IMG/VR virus record: IMGVR_UViG_3300025836_000002
Coordinates: 1 to 52,041 of that record
DNA: 52,041 nucleotides
Origin: a virus
Lineage: Duplodnaviria > Caudoviricetes
Reading direction: 5' to 3' (one strand)
In this document: piece after piece, positions 20,778-29,416 of the stretch
Numbering within the stretch: the first letter of the stretch is position 1
How the letters are laid out: each line of letters starts with the position of its first letter
Program-made: the position numbers and the translations under genes
The notes under the pieces: generated by a model
Told to the model about the DNA's origin: nothing
The model's database searches: none
What the model saw: only the letters and a program-made list of their open reading frames with translations

Positions 20778-21481
20778 TAGTGTCTAAAATTAGTAATTGC
20801 AACGTTTGATTTAGTTTCTTGGGTGTGCCCATTTGTTTTGGGTTTTATTTCTGGTAATTCTTGCAACCAACATTTTTGATTTATCCATGTTGATAGGTTT
20901 TTCCATTCAGGGCAAAAAGCGCCTAATTCAATAGATTTTTGTTTGTATTGTTTTTCCTTGATTAGTGCAGGAAGTAATAATTCAACATCTTCATTTTTGC
21001 ATTTTTTTTGGAAGTTTTTAAATTCAGGTTCAAAACCTCCTTTAGTTCCAGTATATTGTTTTCTGAAAATTTCAAATTTCTCCTTTATTTCTTTAGTATT
21101 TACAATTACATTTTCATTTTCAATTAGGTTATCGGTAGGATAACCATTAGGTTTATTTTCTTTTTTAGGTCTTCCGCCCATAACTCCATTATTTCTACGA
21201 CTTTGAATAAAATTATCCCTTTTTTCAATTTCCTGCTCAAGTCTTTCGTTGAAAAATAAACCCTTTTCGTCCTGTTTAAACTTTAACCTAAGAGTATCCG
21301 AAAATAAACCTACCAATAACCTTATGGTTTCCTCACTCATTCGGCCTGTCTGATGCTGGTAACATATTAGTGTTATATATCTTCCTCTTTCCTCAAATGG
21401 CATTGCAAGTGTGCCAACGAGAAAGTCCTGACTGTAGAATAAAAATGCCGGATCTTTCATAGTTTTAAAATTCAAAATCAT
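20777..21481 (-). CDS. Replication initiator (DUF1376/YdaU-like N-terminus)
   Basis: DPAFLFYSQDF..ERGRYITLIC..GGRPKK; C-terminal STWINQKCW; adjacent to dnaB. Confidence 0.75.
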   Translation of the reverse strand: MILNFKTMKDPAFLFYSQDFLVGTLAMPFEERGRYITLICYQHQTGRMSEETIRLLVGLFSDTLRLKFKQDEKGLFFNERLEQEIEKRDNFIQSRRNNGVMGGRPKKENKPNGYPTDNLIENENVIVNTKEIKEKFEIFRKQYTGTKGGFEPEFKNFQKKCKNEDVELLLPALIKEKQYKQKSIELGAFCPEWKNLSTWINQKCWLQELPEIKPKTNGHTQETKSNVAITNFRH

Positions 21482-22007
21482 TACTTTCGGGTTTTTTAAA
21501 TCCGGTCATTTTTACCAAATATTCAACTTGATATCTAAGTTCGTTGATTCTTGAGTGAAGTTCAATATCGTTTTCTTCTGCCCTATTTTTGGCGATAATA
21601 TCCGCAAATCCATCATCAAATCCAATGGCGGCCACGTATGACATAGCAGTATTAAATTCATCCATATTTTCAGAATTTACGGTATTGCATATTCCTTCAG
21701 AAAACCAATGAATAACATTATCATCAAACGGATTTAAAAATTCTATCAATTGCTTATATCTCTTTGGGATAGCAAAAACAACCTTCTCTTTTGGTACGTG
21801 TTCTTTTGTATGACAATCTTCGCATAATACCTGAAATACATCATTATCATATTGCCATGGTTCGCGTCCTTTTAAATAAAACCTATGATGAACATGTAGC
21901 GTTTTTTCTTCCGACTTGCATTCATCACATTTGAATTTGTGAATATCCAAAATTTCCAACCGTTTCTTTTGCCATTTAGGACTTTTTAATTTGTCTGAAT
22001 AAGTCAT
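21465..22007 (-). CDS. HNH-domain protein
   Basis: PKWQKKRLEIL..CDEC..LHVHH..LCEDCH. Confidence 0.8.
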   Translation of the reverse strand: MTYSDKLKSPKWQKKRLEILDIHKFKCDECKSEEKTLHVHHRFYLKGREPWQYDNDVFQVLCEDCHTKEHVPKEKVVFAIPKRYKQLIEFLNPFDDNVIHWFSEGICNTVNSENMDEFNTAMSYVAAIGFDDGFADIIAKNRAEENDIELHSRINELRYQVEYLVKMTGFKKPESNDFEF

Positions 22008-22051
22008 AATAGTGTTATATTTTTATTACTATTTGGGGGTAAAAAATGATT

Positions 22052-22216
22052 TTAAGCATACAGCAATTTTTTAAGTCTGTATTCAATATCCTTTGGCATT
22101 GATCGTTTATCGTTAAGGTACATTGAAAGTGATGGCTGGCTGATCTTTAATTGATCTGCAATCCATGTAGTTTTCAATCCCTTTTCTTTGATTCTCTGTT
22201 TAAAAACTTTGCTCAT
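22052..22216 (-). CDS. Cro/XRE-type HTH regulator, 54 aa (below the ORF-track cutoff)
   Basis: Manual translation MSKVFKQRIKEKGLKTTWIADQLKISQPSLSMYLNDKRSMPKDIEYRLKKLLYA; heads the replication genes. Confidence 0.8.
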   Translation of the reverse strand: MSKVFKQRIKEKGLKTTWIADQLKISQPSLSMYLNDKRSMPKDIEYRLKKLLYA

Positions 22217-22444
22217 ATTTTTATTACAATTTAATCCAATTAAAACCGGAACATTTCATCCGGTTCACATTGCAATATTACTAAATTAATTTGACAATTC
22301 AAACAAATTTTAAAAATAAATTCAGGCCTTAGCGATGTAGCAGTTTACCCGACTTTCACACCCAACTTAATGTCAGTATTCGGGAACCTGAATAATTAAG
22401 GCCGTATGCAGTTCTAATGGTATGCAGTCCGGCACATTTTGAAT

Positions 22445-22550
22445 CAGTACAGCTCTAAGCCGCCATCTTCATTTCAATTGTTTTGCCTATTATTGGCTGT
22501 AATACCCTCAATTAATCTACTTTTCTGCCAATCAAAACCAAACATCCCCC
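22445..22550 (-). ncRNA. ssrA: tmRNA coding piece with tag ORF (A)GKTIEMKMAA*; 3' end uncertain
   Basis: Starts GGGGGATGTTTGGTTTTGATTGGCAG; pairs 7 bp with ATCCTCC including G3-U70; tag frame 22487-22455 after ATAATA. Confidence 0.85.
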
Positions 22551-22629
22551 AAATGTTTCCTGTTTTCCCAATCGGGCCGGCTCCAGAATTCCGGCGGTCT
22601 TTCGACGTTACAAATTGGCGATTTGTATG

Positions 22630-22692
22630 TGGAGGATCGGGGAGTCGAACCCCGGTCTTAACAGTTTTTCAAATAACTTCAACGGATATTAT
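22630..22692 (-). ncRNA. ssrA: tmRNA acceptor piece (3' half of the tRNA-like domain), permuted gene
   Basis: Minus strand ...CTGTTAA GAC CGGGG TTCGACT CCCCG ATCCTCC A: T-arm, acceptor 3' strand and discriminator A. Confidence 0.85.
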
Positions 22693-22698
22693 GAGGTA

Positions 22699-22706
22699 CA
22701 AATATA
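22699..22706 (-). promoter_or_regulatory. Bacteroidota -7 promoter element upstream of the tmRNA
   Basis: TATATTTG matches TAnnTTTG, just upstream of the acceptor piece. Confidence 0.65.
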
Positions 22707-22710
22707 GTAA

Positions 22711-22908
22711 TTATCTAAACACGTTCGGACATTTCCGATCAAAAAATTCATTTCGTGGCTCCCCGTGTGACTTAATAAATGCCGCTCTTTTAGCGTACAT
22801 CGTTTTTGAATGCGATCTTTTAACTGTCACACATGATGATGATAAAAATGCAATTAGTGTTAATAATGAAATAAGCAATAATAATTTTTGCATTGTTTTT
22901 TCTTTCAT
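22711..22908 (-). CDS. Small putative lipoprotein
   Basis: Hydrophobic signal followed by LSSSC lipobox-like sequence. Confidence 0.5.
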   Translation of the reverse strand: MKEKTMQKLLLLISLLTLIAFLSSSCVTVKRSHSKTMYAKRAAFIKSHGEPRNEFFDRKCPNVFR

Positions 22909-23092
22909 GTTAAATAGTTTTTAAAAGTAAATAAAAGCATCCTGCAAAAATAGTCAGTATCACAATGATCATGTATTTGATCTACCTTAAATTTGATTCC
23001 AGGTTTTGATAGCATTTTTCTTGGTACATTAATCCTTTAGTTTGTGGTAAACAATCGTTAAAATGGTGACTAATAAATGTAAAAGTTTTAAT

Positions 23093-23599
23093 TTAAAACC
23101 CGCATAATTTAAGGTATGTTTGAATAAATATTTCGTTGGCATCTTTAAAACTTAATGAAATTAAAAAAGGCGCAAAATTTTCTTCCAACATTAAATTATG
23201 CCATTCGGTTACCAGCGCCATTTCATCAGCTAATTTTATATCATTATGAAATGGGTATTCAAACGAAAACTTTTCAGCTATTTTCATCATTAAACCATTT
23301 TCAATATCTTTATAATTTGATAATCTTTTCTTAATTGGGCTTGGAATATCTAATAGATAAGCCTCGGAAGCATCGTGCAAAAGAGCTGCAAGTTTATGTT
23401 CTTTCGGAACTAATTCAGAACAATACAGGCTATGCTCTGCTACTGAATAGAATTTAGGTAAATGTCCCCCAAACCTACATTGCATTGATAAAGCGTGTGC
23501 AATATCTTCAATGCAAATCATTTCAAGGGTTGGTTCAAAAACATTAATATAAATACCTGTAAATGTTCTGATACAATCTGTTGTATATAAGTTTTCCAT
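23093..23599 (-). CDS. HD-domain phosphohydrolase (YfbR/YfdR-like 5'-deoxynucleotidase)
   Basis: IAHALSMQCRFGGH, YSVAEHS, LLHDASEAYLLDIPSP, ADEMAL..E. Confidence 0.88.
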   Translation of the reverse strand: MENLYTTDCIRTFTGIYINVFEPTLEMICIEDIAHALSMQCRFGGHLPKFYSVAEHSLYCSELVPKEHKLAALLHDASEAYLLDIPSPIKKRLSNYKDIENGLMMKIAEKFSFEYPFHNDIKLADEMALVTEWHNLMLEENFAPFLISLSFKDANEIFIQTYLKLCGF

Positions 23600-23685
23600 T
23601 TTATTTGTTTTTAAATAAATTTAAGAATATAAGTTTCAAAATCTTCTAGCGAAATGTCTTTTAAGAACGTTCTAACGATAGATCG

Positions 23686-24147
23686 TTACAACACATACGG
23701 AAAATTTAATTTGGCAAATTCTCCAAACAGCTCCTTTGCTTTTATATCATAAGCGGAGGCGGCATCTTCTTCTGTTTTAAACGTCCCTAAATAAATTCTT
23801 TGTTTATTGGCAGAAATGGCAGCCCTAACAGATTTACCAGAAAAATAAACACCCAAATAATTTGATTTTCCAAAAGGATTATGGTTTCTTCTATTTTGGA
23901 TGCTTGTGCAGTTTCTCATGTTGTATTTTTGACAATTTAATCCATTGTGATCAATGTGATCTACTTCATTATCGTCTAATGTATTCATTATGATTCTGTG
24001 CATCAATATTGATTTGCCATTTTCTTTTCTTTCTGCATAATAAGTGTTTTTATGCTTATGCGCATACCAATTAAATTGATTAAGATAATCAAAATCATCA
24101 TCATCAACATGAACAGCCTTGTTTTGTGTGAGGAAAATAGTTTTCAT
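23686..24147 (-). CDS. HNH-AP2 homing endonuclease
   Basis: [48 protein letters not shown]. Confidence 0.9.
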   Translation of the reverse strand: MKTIFLTQNKAVHVDDDDFDYLNQFNWYAHKHKNTYYAERKENGKSILMHRIIMNTLDDNEVDHIDHNGLNCQKYNMRNCTSIQNRRNHNPFGKSNYLGVYFSGKSVRAAISANKQRIYLGTFKTEEDAASAYDIKAKELFGEFAKLNFPYVL

Positions 24148-24261
24148 TTATTCGAGAATTTTAATTAATCGAGCAGAAAAGGAATTGGAAAGAGTCTCGA
24201 TTTCTCCTTATCGGTGGGTAATTACTTCCACCTATCCAATCCCAAAGATACAAATTATAAT

Positions 24262-24747
24262 TCAAAGTTTTGCCATAAAGCGTTCGTATTCTTTTTCAAT
24301 GGTATTAATAATTGAATCATAAATTTCGCCTTCAAAGAATTTTCCGATTACATTTTCATAAATAAATGGTAATTGTTCGCGTATGAATGATTCAAAGCGT
24401 TTTTGAGACATATTCCCGAAAGATATACTTTCATACTCAACCATCTTCGTACCGTCTGAAAAGTCAAATAAAACAGCGTATTCACCTTTTAAATGTTTGA
24501 TGAATATGTAAAATTTATCTTCTGGTACTGCTTTTCTGAATTTCAAAGGTAGGTAATTATAGATGAAATTTAAGAGCGAAAAATAGCAGCGGTGCATTGA
24601 AATGTCGCGGGCTGTTACTTCTTTGAATGAAAGTATTTCGCCTTTTCGCGATTGATCTAAAAGTTCCGATGCGTTTTCATTTGCCGGAATAAAACCGCCT
24701 CCAACATTGGCCAACTCGATTAATTTGAAGTAATCAGAATCTTTCAT
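24262..24747 (-). CDS. DUF1367/NinB-like recombination accessory protein
   Basis: R...HRCYFSLL, SISFGNMSQKRF. Confidence 0.6.
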   Translation of the reverse strand: MKDSDYFKLIELANVGGGFIPANENASELLDQSRKGEILSFKEVTARDISMHRCYFSLLNFIYNYLPLKFRKAVPEDKFYIFIKHLKGEYAVLFDFSDGTKMVEYESISFGNMSQKRFESFIREQLPFIYENVIGKFFEGEIYDSIINTIEKEYERFMAKL

Positions 24748-24748
24748 T

Positions 24749-25048
24749 TTAAACTAACCTTTTAATACTTTTATAACATGCCTTAATTTCTGGAATATGA
24801 TTTTTTACATATTCATCAAAACTTCCAACACCTCCAAAAACTTCATCTAATCTTTCTGATATTTGACCAGTAAACGAAGTCCAACAATCTTGCTTGCTTT
24901 CTTTTGGGCTATAAATAACCAATAGATTAGCCTGACTGTCGTAATGTGCGCACATTGTTACGTACGCTGTTAGTTTGTTTTCAGAAACACATGAGAATTT
25001 AGAACTCATTGCACCGTATTCATACGTAATCATTTTGTCGTTTTTCAT
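24749..25048 (-). CDS. Hypothetical protein
   Basis: ORF in operon. Confidence 0.5.
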   Translation of the reverse strand: MKNDKMITYEYGAMSSKFSCVSENKLTAYVTMCAHYDSQANLLVIYSPKESKQDCWTSFTGQISERLDEVFGGVGSFDEYVKNHIPEIKACYKSIKRLV

Positions 25049-25196
25049 CTGTAAATTGTTGTTTTATTGTTTAATTTAATTGCTTTTAGCTTGCTTAAGT
25101 CCGGCGACGTTATACCGGATTCTTTGATTTTTTGGCTGTCGTTACCGTTTAATTTTGATAATTTGGAATGACTGCCAGGTGTTTCGATTTGTGGAT

Positions 25197-25727
25197 TCAT
25201 TTACGTTCAATTACTGAATTAATATATTCTTCATGCGATATTCGCGTATCTAAAAGTTCGCCTGTTAATTTCCGGTACATCATTCTCTCTTGATCGTAAA
25301 CCATAAATCTATGAGCGGTATTATGGTCTTCAGATGCGATATAAATAACATCTTTGTAATGTTCTTTATTATATGACCAATGATGTTTTTCAACCCCCTC
25401 GATTGTCGGCAAATTTCCACTATTGCTTTTTGCCGCAATTTTTTCAGGATATTTATTTTTATACCTTTCCATTATTAATTTTTTTGCATCATGTGTTGGC
25501 TTGTGTTTTTCAAGATAATTTAAACGATGGTATTTTTCCCTGTGTCTTTCCCTTTCTTTATCTAATCCTTCTGGTGTAGATATTAAAATATCAGATCGTT
25601 TTTTCGTATCTGTCTTAGTACACTTTTTACACTTATTCAAATGACCGTCACCCATTGCGGGGTGTTTGTAGTAATCAGATAAATTTTTTAATTCTCCACA
25701 TTTAAAGCAAATCTTTGTTTTTTCCAT
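25197..25727 (-). CDS. Zinc-finger/HNH-like endonuclease
   Basis: KICFKC..YYKHPAMGDGHLNKCKKC, HHWSY..H...H; own TATCTTTG promoter; directly after SSB. Confidence 0.65.
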   Translation of the reverse strand: MEKTKICFKCGELKNLSDYYKHPAMGDGHLNKCKKCTKTDTKKRSDILISTPEGLDKERERHREKYHRLNYLEKHKPTHDAKKLIMERYKNKYPEKIAAKSNSGNLPTIEGVEKHHWSYNKEHYKDVIYIASEDHNTAHRFMVYDQERMMYRKLTGELLDTRISHEEYINSVIERK

Positions 25728-25795
25728 CTTGTTAATTTAAATGAATAATTACAAAGATAAGCATTAAAATGGTAATTACAAATAAATTTACCTTT

Positions 25796-26164
25796 TTAAA
25801 ATGGTAAATCTGAAACTTCATCTATAATAACTGGTGCGGCCGTTCCTGAATCTGATCCACCTGAAAAGTTTTTAAAGTTACCTAAAATTGGCAGTTTTTT
25901 GAACTCTTCTTTTTGTGCGTCGGTTGCATCTTTGTAAATCTTCGATCCGACTTTTTGACCTATAAAACCATCATTCCCGTATTTGTCCTGTGTATCATGT
26001 ACGACAATTGACACCGGCAAAGCAACGCGATTCTCTGCAAATTCATCGAGAAAGTTTTGAGCGATCGGAATAAATAAACCTCGAATCATTCCGGATTGTC
26101 CTTTCTTTTCAAGGATTACACACTTTAATTTTGTTAATTCGATTTGTCCTGAATAGCTTTTCAT
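25796..26164 (-). CDS. Putative single-stranded DNA-binding protein
   Basis: Acidic tail DEVSDLPF; follows the SSAP gene. Confidence 0.65.
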   Translation of the reverse strand: MKSYSGQIELTKLKCVILEKKGQSGMIRGLFIPIAQNFLDEFAENRVALPVSIVVHDTQDKYGNDGFIGQKVGSKIYKDATDAQKEEFKKLPILGNFKNFSGGSDSGTAAPVIIDEVSDLPF

Positions 26165-26182
26165 TTTCTTATTTTTAAATTA

Positions 26183-26749
26183 TTAATCTTCAAGTAAACT
26201 GTTTAATTTTTCGTCACGTGCAAAGATTGGATTTTCTGCTAAAGAATCATAATTGGCCTGATCTTCACGGTTTAAATTCTTTCCGAATATTGCACCCAAC
26301 ATATGCGCCGCGTCCTTTATTGCGTATGATTTTGCTGCCGGAGCTGCCAGCATTACAGCGTTTGACCTTAACTTATTAAAATCAGTTGCCCCGGCTCCTT
26401 TTTCTGTTTGAAGTGGTGCGGCTCCTACGCCATCCTGCCAATCCCATGCGTCCAAAACCGGATTAAAATAATGTAACCTAACTTCGCAACAAACTGAATT
26501 TCCAATCAGTTGAATATTTTTAATTTCAACTTTCCATTCAAAAAATAAACGTGTTAATAAATACTCAACCCTTTCGATTGGAAGATATTTTAACTTCTTT
26601 TCCATTGGATTGACCTTTAACCAATTTTCAGGCGGTTGTTGGTTTAATAAAATATTAAGGTCGTTAACCTCTTCTAATTTAGCCAGATCAGTATTCATTA
26701 AATCTGATAATTTTGGCAATGATCCTTTGATTTTTGCTGGTGTGTTCAT
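26183..26749 (-). CDS. Single-strand annealing recombinase (Rad52/Sak-like)
   Basis: YLPIERVEYLL, DGVGA, AKSYAIKDAAHMLGAIFGKNLNR; beside the exonuclease. Confidence 0.7.
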   Translation of the reverse strand: MNTPAKIKGSLPKLSDLMNTDLAKLEEVNDLNILLNQQPPENWLKVNPMEKKLKYLPIERVEYLLTRLFFEWKVEIKNIQLIGNSVCCEVRLHYFNPVLDAWDWQDGVGAAPLQTEKGAGATDFNKLRSNAVMLAAPAAKSYAIKDAAHMLGAIFGKNLNREDQANYDSLAENPIFARDEKLNSLLED

Positions 26750-26762
26750 CGTTTTTTTAGTA

Positions 26763-27674
26763 TTAAAATTTATGATTAAACCAATTAATTTCTCTTATTG
26801 AATAGGCGGGTAAATTAAGCTCGTTTACGCCGAATTTGTTTTGTGTGAAAACTTGATAACCTGGCCATTTGTCCTCTTCTAAACAGAAGGCATAAAGCAT
26901 TAAAAGCTGTTCCCATTCGTACCGGCCCTGTGCCATAAATTGCGATCCGGATTCAAAAATATTGAATGCAAAAGGCTTCGTTTTTTCCTGTGCAATAAAG
27001 AAAAAATTCCATCCCATCTCCTTTCCTTCGATTGCGTTCATAATATCAGAATACATTGCAGCCTGAATGTGGTAATCAAAATCAGCAGCATGACGTGGAA
27101 AGTCGTGAATGCTGGCCCCTGTTGTAGTTTTCAAATCTGTGATAAGTCGTTTTTCTTGTTTGAAATAATCAGGCCTGATCTTAACTAAAATCTTTTGGCC
27201 GGTCATTATTGTAATTTCACAATATACGCTCATTTCAGCTTGTCCATTTGATAAAAGAGACCTGACATACTTATGCCTAAATAAACGATCGTTCATTGCC
27301 TCCAGTGTTCTGTATGTGCCATTGTCGATAGTCACCTTATCACCCGCCAATCTCATTTCGCCTTCATACCAATCTTTGTAGTTTTTTGTGGCCCGTGGAG
27401 ACTTTGCGCCTTCGGCAATTAAAATAGAACAAATTGCTGAATCATCAAATACCATATATTCCTGATCGAATAATTCACGCTCTAAATTAAAGGTATGATA
27501 AGCACTTCCAAAAGTCATTGCCTCGGTTGTTTTTTTCTCCTCTTCCTTGAAATGTAACGGACTTTTTTTAATCTGTTTAAGGCCGGAACATGAAATATAT
27601 TCTTTTTTGGAATGATATTCTTCGTTTGAATCCTTTTTAATTTCAAACTCGATTTTAGTAATGAAGTTTTCCAT
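26763..27674 (-). CDS. RecE-like PD-(D/E)XK exonuclease (DUF3799-like)
   Basis: EEYH..ISCSGLK, FGSAYH, KIRPD, DLKTT, YHIQAAMY, FIAQEK. Confidence 0.88.
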   Translation of the reverse strand: MENFITKIEFEIKKDSNEEYHSKKEYISCSGLKQIKKSPLHFKEEEKKTTEAMTFGSAYHTFNLERELFDQEYMVFDDSAICSILIAEGAKSPRATKNYKDWYEGEMRLAGDKVTIDNGTYRTLEAMNDRLFRHKYVRSLLSNGQAEMSVYCEITIMTGQKILVKIRPDYFKQEKRLITDLKTTTGASIHDFPRHAADFDYHIQAAMYSDIMNAIEGKEMGWNFFFIAQEKTKPFAFNIFESGSQFMAQGRYEWEQLLMLYAFCLEEDKWPGYQVFTQNKFGVNELNLPAYSIREINWFNHKF

Positions 27675-28053
27675 ATCGTTTTTAAAGTGTTTAAAGATAC
27701 AAAATTATCGTCAACTCCGTATCTTTTAATTGTTTATTTATTCTGAATCTTCGTTTTGATCAAACTTTTCTTCGTCCATATCTGCCTGTGATGGTTCGTC
27801 GTCTGGTTCGTACATTCCATCTGGGCTGTCGTAATCGTAGCGTGCGTATTTCATGATAAAACCTCCTCTAATTCATTAATGAAAGTTCTGTAACATCCGA
27901 TCTTTACGGTTAGTCGTTTTCTGGTTTCTTCGTCTTTTTCTTTAAGATCGTCTAACATGAATAACGCTGTTTTTAACCTGACTTTGTAGGTTTTCAAAAG
28001 CTCATCTAAAGGTTGTTTTTCCATTTTGTATCGTTTTTAAAAAGTTTGTACTT

Positions 28054-28105
28054 CAAAGATAATCTAAAGAGTAATTGATATTACAAAACGTGTTTTTAAA
28101 CATGT
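28054..28105 (-). promoter_or_regulatory. Promoter with ACATGT boxes
   Basis: ACATGT..TTTG-N22-TATCTTTG. Confidence 0.65.
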
Positions 28106-28233
28106 TCTGACTGCCTCCGATCAAATTCCTGTATGACCGGAGGCGTGTAACAAAAAAAGGTGTCTGTATCGCTATGGTAGGCTAAGAAAACCAGACTATA
28201 ACAAATCGGAGGCTCAACTAAACCTCGGATATT

Positions 28234-28479
28234 TTAAGCCGGTAAATAATGATTAATTCGCTTAATACCGGTCTTTGTAAAAATGGTTTGTACGAATCTG
28301 ACAAACTTTGATTCTTTCAACACGGTTAAATTCACGTGCCTTGTATTCCCTTTAAATCGGATTTCGTTCTTAAATGATCTCCGTGCTTTCCGGTTGTCGA
28401 ATTTTGACAAATAAACTTCTTTGATCGGATTTTTAACGGTTCCATTTTCGTTGTAAACTTTTACATAAGGATTATTCAT
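28234..28479 (-). CDS. Hypothetical protein
   Basis: Basic ORF with NRKARR motif. Confidence 0.5.
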   Translation of the reverse strand: MNNPYVKVYNENGTVKNPIKEVYLSKFDNRKARRSFKNEIRFKGNTRHVNLTVLKESKFVRFVQTIFTKTGIKRINHYLPA

Positions 28480-29321
28480 TGTTTTTGTTTTTAAAGTGTG
28501 AAATTTATAATTAAAGTAATGTGCTCATATGTTTTCGTTCATTCAGCATCCTGATTTGCCAAACTGTTTTATCGTGAACTTGCTTTTTGATGCGTCGTTT
28601 TTCTTTGTCGTACACTCCCCACAAAATGCAGAGAAAACCAATCATGCAAAAAATAATTATTCCGAAACATTCGTAAGGATCACCGATTAACTCTTTCATT
28701 TTATTTGTTTTTAGACATTAATATTGCACTTACTAAAATTACCATAATTCCGAGGAATACGATTATATACCACATAGTTTTATCGTTTTAAACTGTTTTG
28801 CATGGTTTCTTTCATCTTATACATCCCACCGTTTAGGACGATGATTTTAGGGTATTCGTACATGGTGAATTTCAATTTCTTTTCACCTTTTGGAAGTGGC
28901 TTGCGTCCTGCTTTTTCAGATGCCGTGCCGTCAAGTTTGATTTTTGAATAGCTCATTTTATTTTTAAATTATATTTAATTATCCCACTCAACTGAGTATA
29001 ATTCGGTTCTGTATTGATCCCTGTCGTTTGCGTCAAAAATGTATGGAATCTCAAGTTTTTCATTTCCGGCTTCGCGCTGATCTTTTATGGCGCGCTTGTT
29101 CATTTCGTTTCTTGCTAACATACTGCCGAACACATTAGGATTATTTGCAATAACCTGAACTTCGTAATCTGTCATTTTAAATAAAGGCTTCATTTTGTCA
29201 TTTTTAAAGTTTGTAGTACAAATTTAGGTATATATAAAACAACCTCCTAATCTTTTGCCATTTATTTTCACTTTCGATCACATGTTATAAAACATGTTTT
29301 TGTAAGTGATTGATATAATGT

Positions 29322-29351
29322 AAAAACCCGCAAGACTGGGAATCCTGCGGG
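29322..29351 (-). terminator. Intrinsic terminator after the lysis block
   Basis: CCCGCA/TGCGGG stem followed by T5 on the minus strand. Confidence 0.6.
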
Positions 29352-29416
29352 CCTGAATTACTAACTAACTTACTTTAAAAACGATTTTCAAATGTAATCA
29401 TTAAATCAATACTAAA

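Noticed and set aside
22551-22629. HDV-like (theta) ribozyme after the tRNA-like 3' end
   Set aside because: Could not find the nested double-pseudoknot pattern or conserved L3/J4-2 residues by eye
22630-22660. tRNA gene or attP tRNA/tmRNA 3' fragment
   Set aside because: No anticodon arm; the matching 5' strand and tag frame lie downstream, and there is no integrase
22439-22924. 161-aa plus-strand ORF
   Set aside because: Antisense to the tmRNA and a small minus-strand gene; no recognisable motifs
23093-23599. DatZ of a 2-aminoadenine (Z-DNA) pathway
   Set aside because: No PurZ, MazZ or phage DNA polymerase present; a generic HD hydrolase is sufficient
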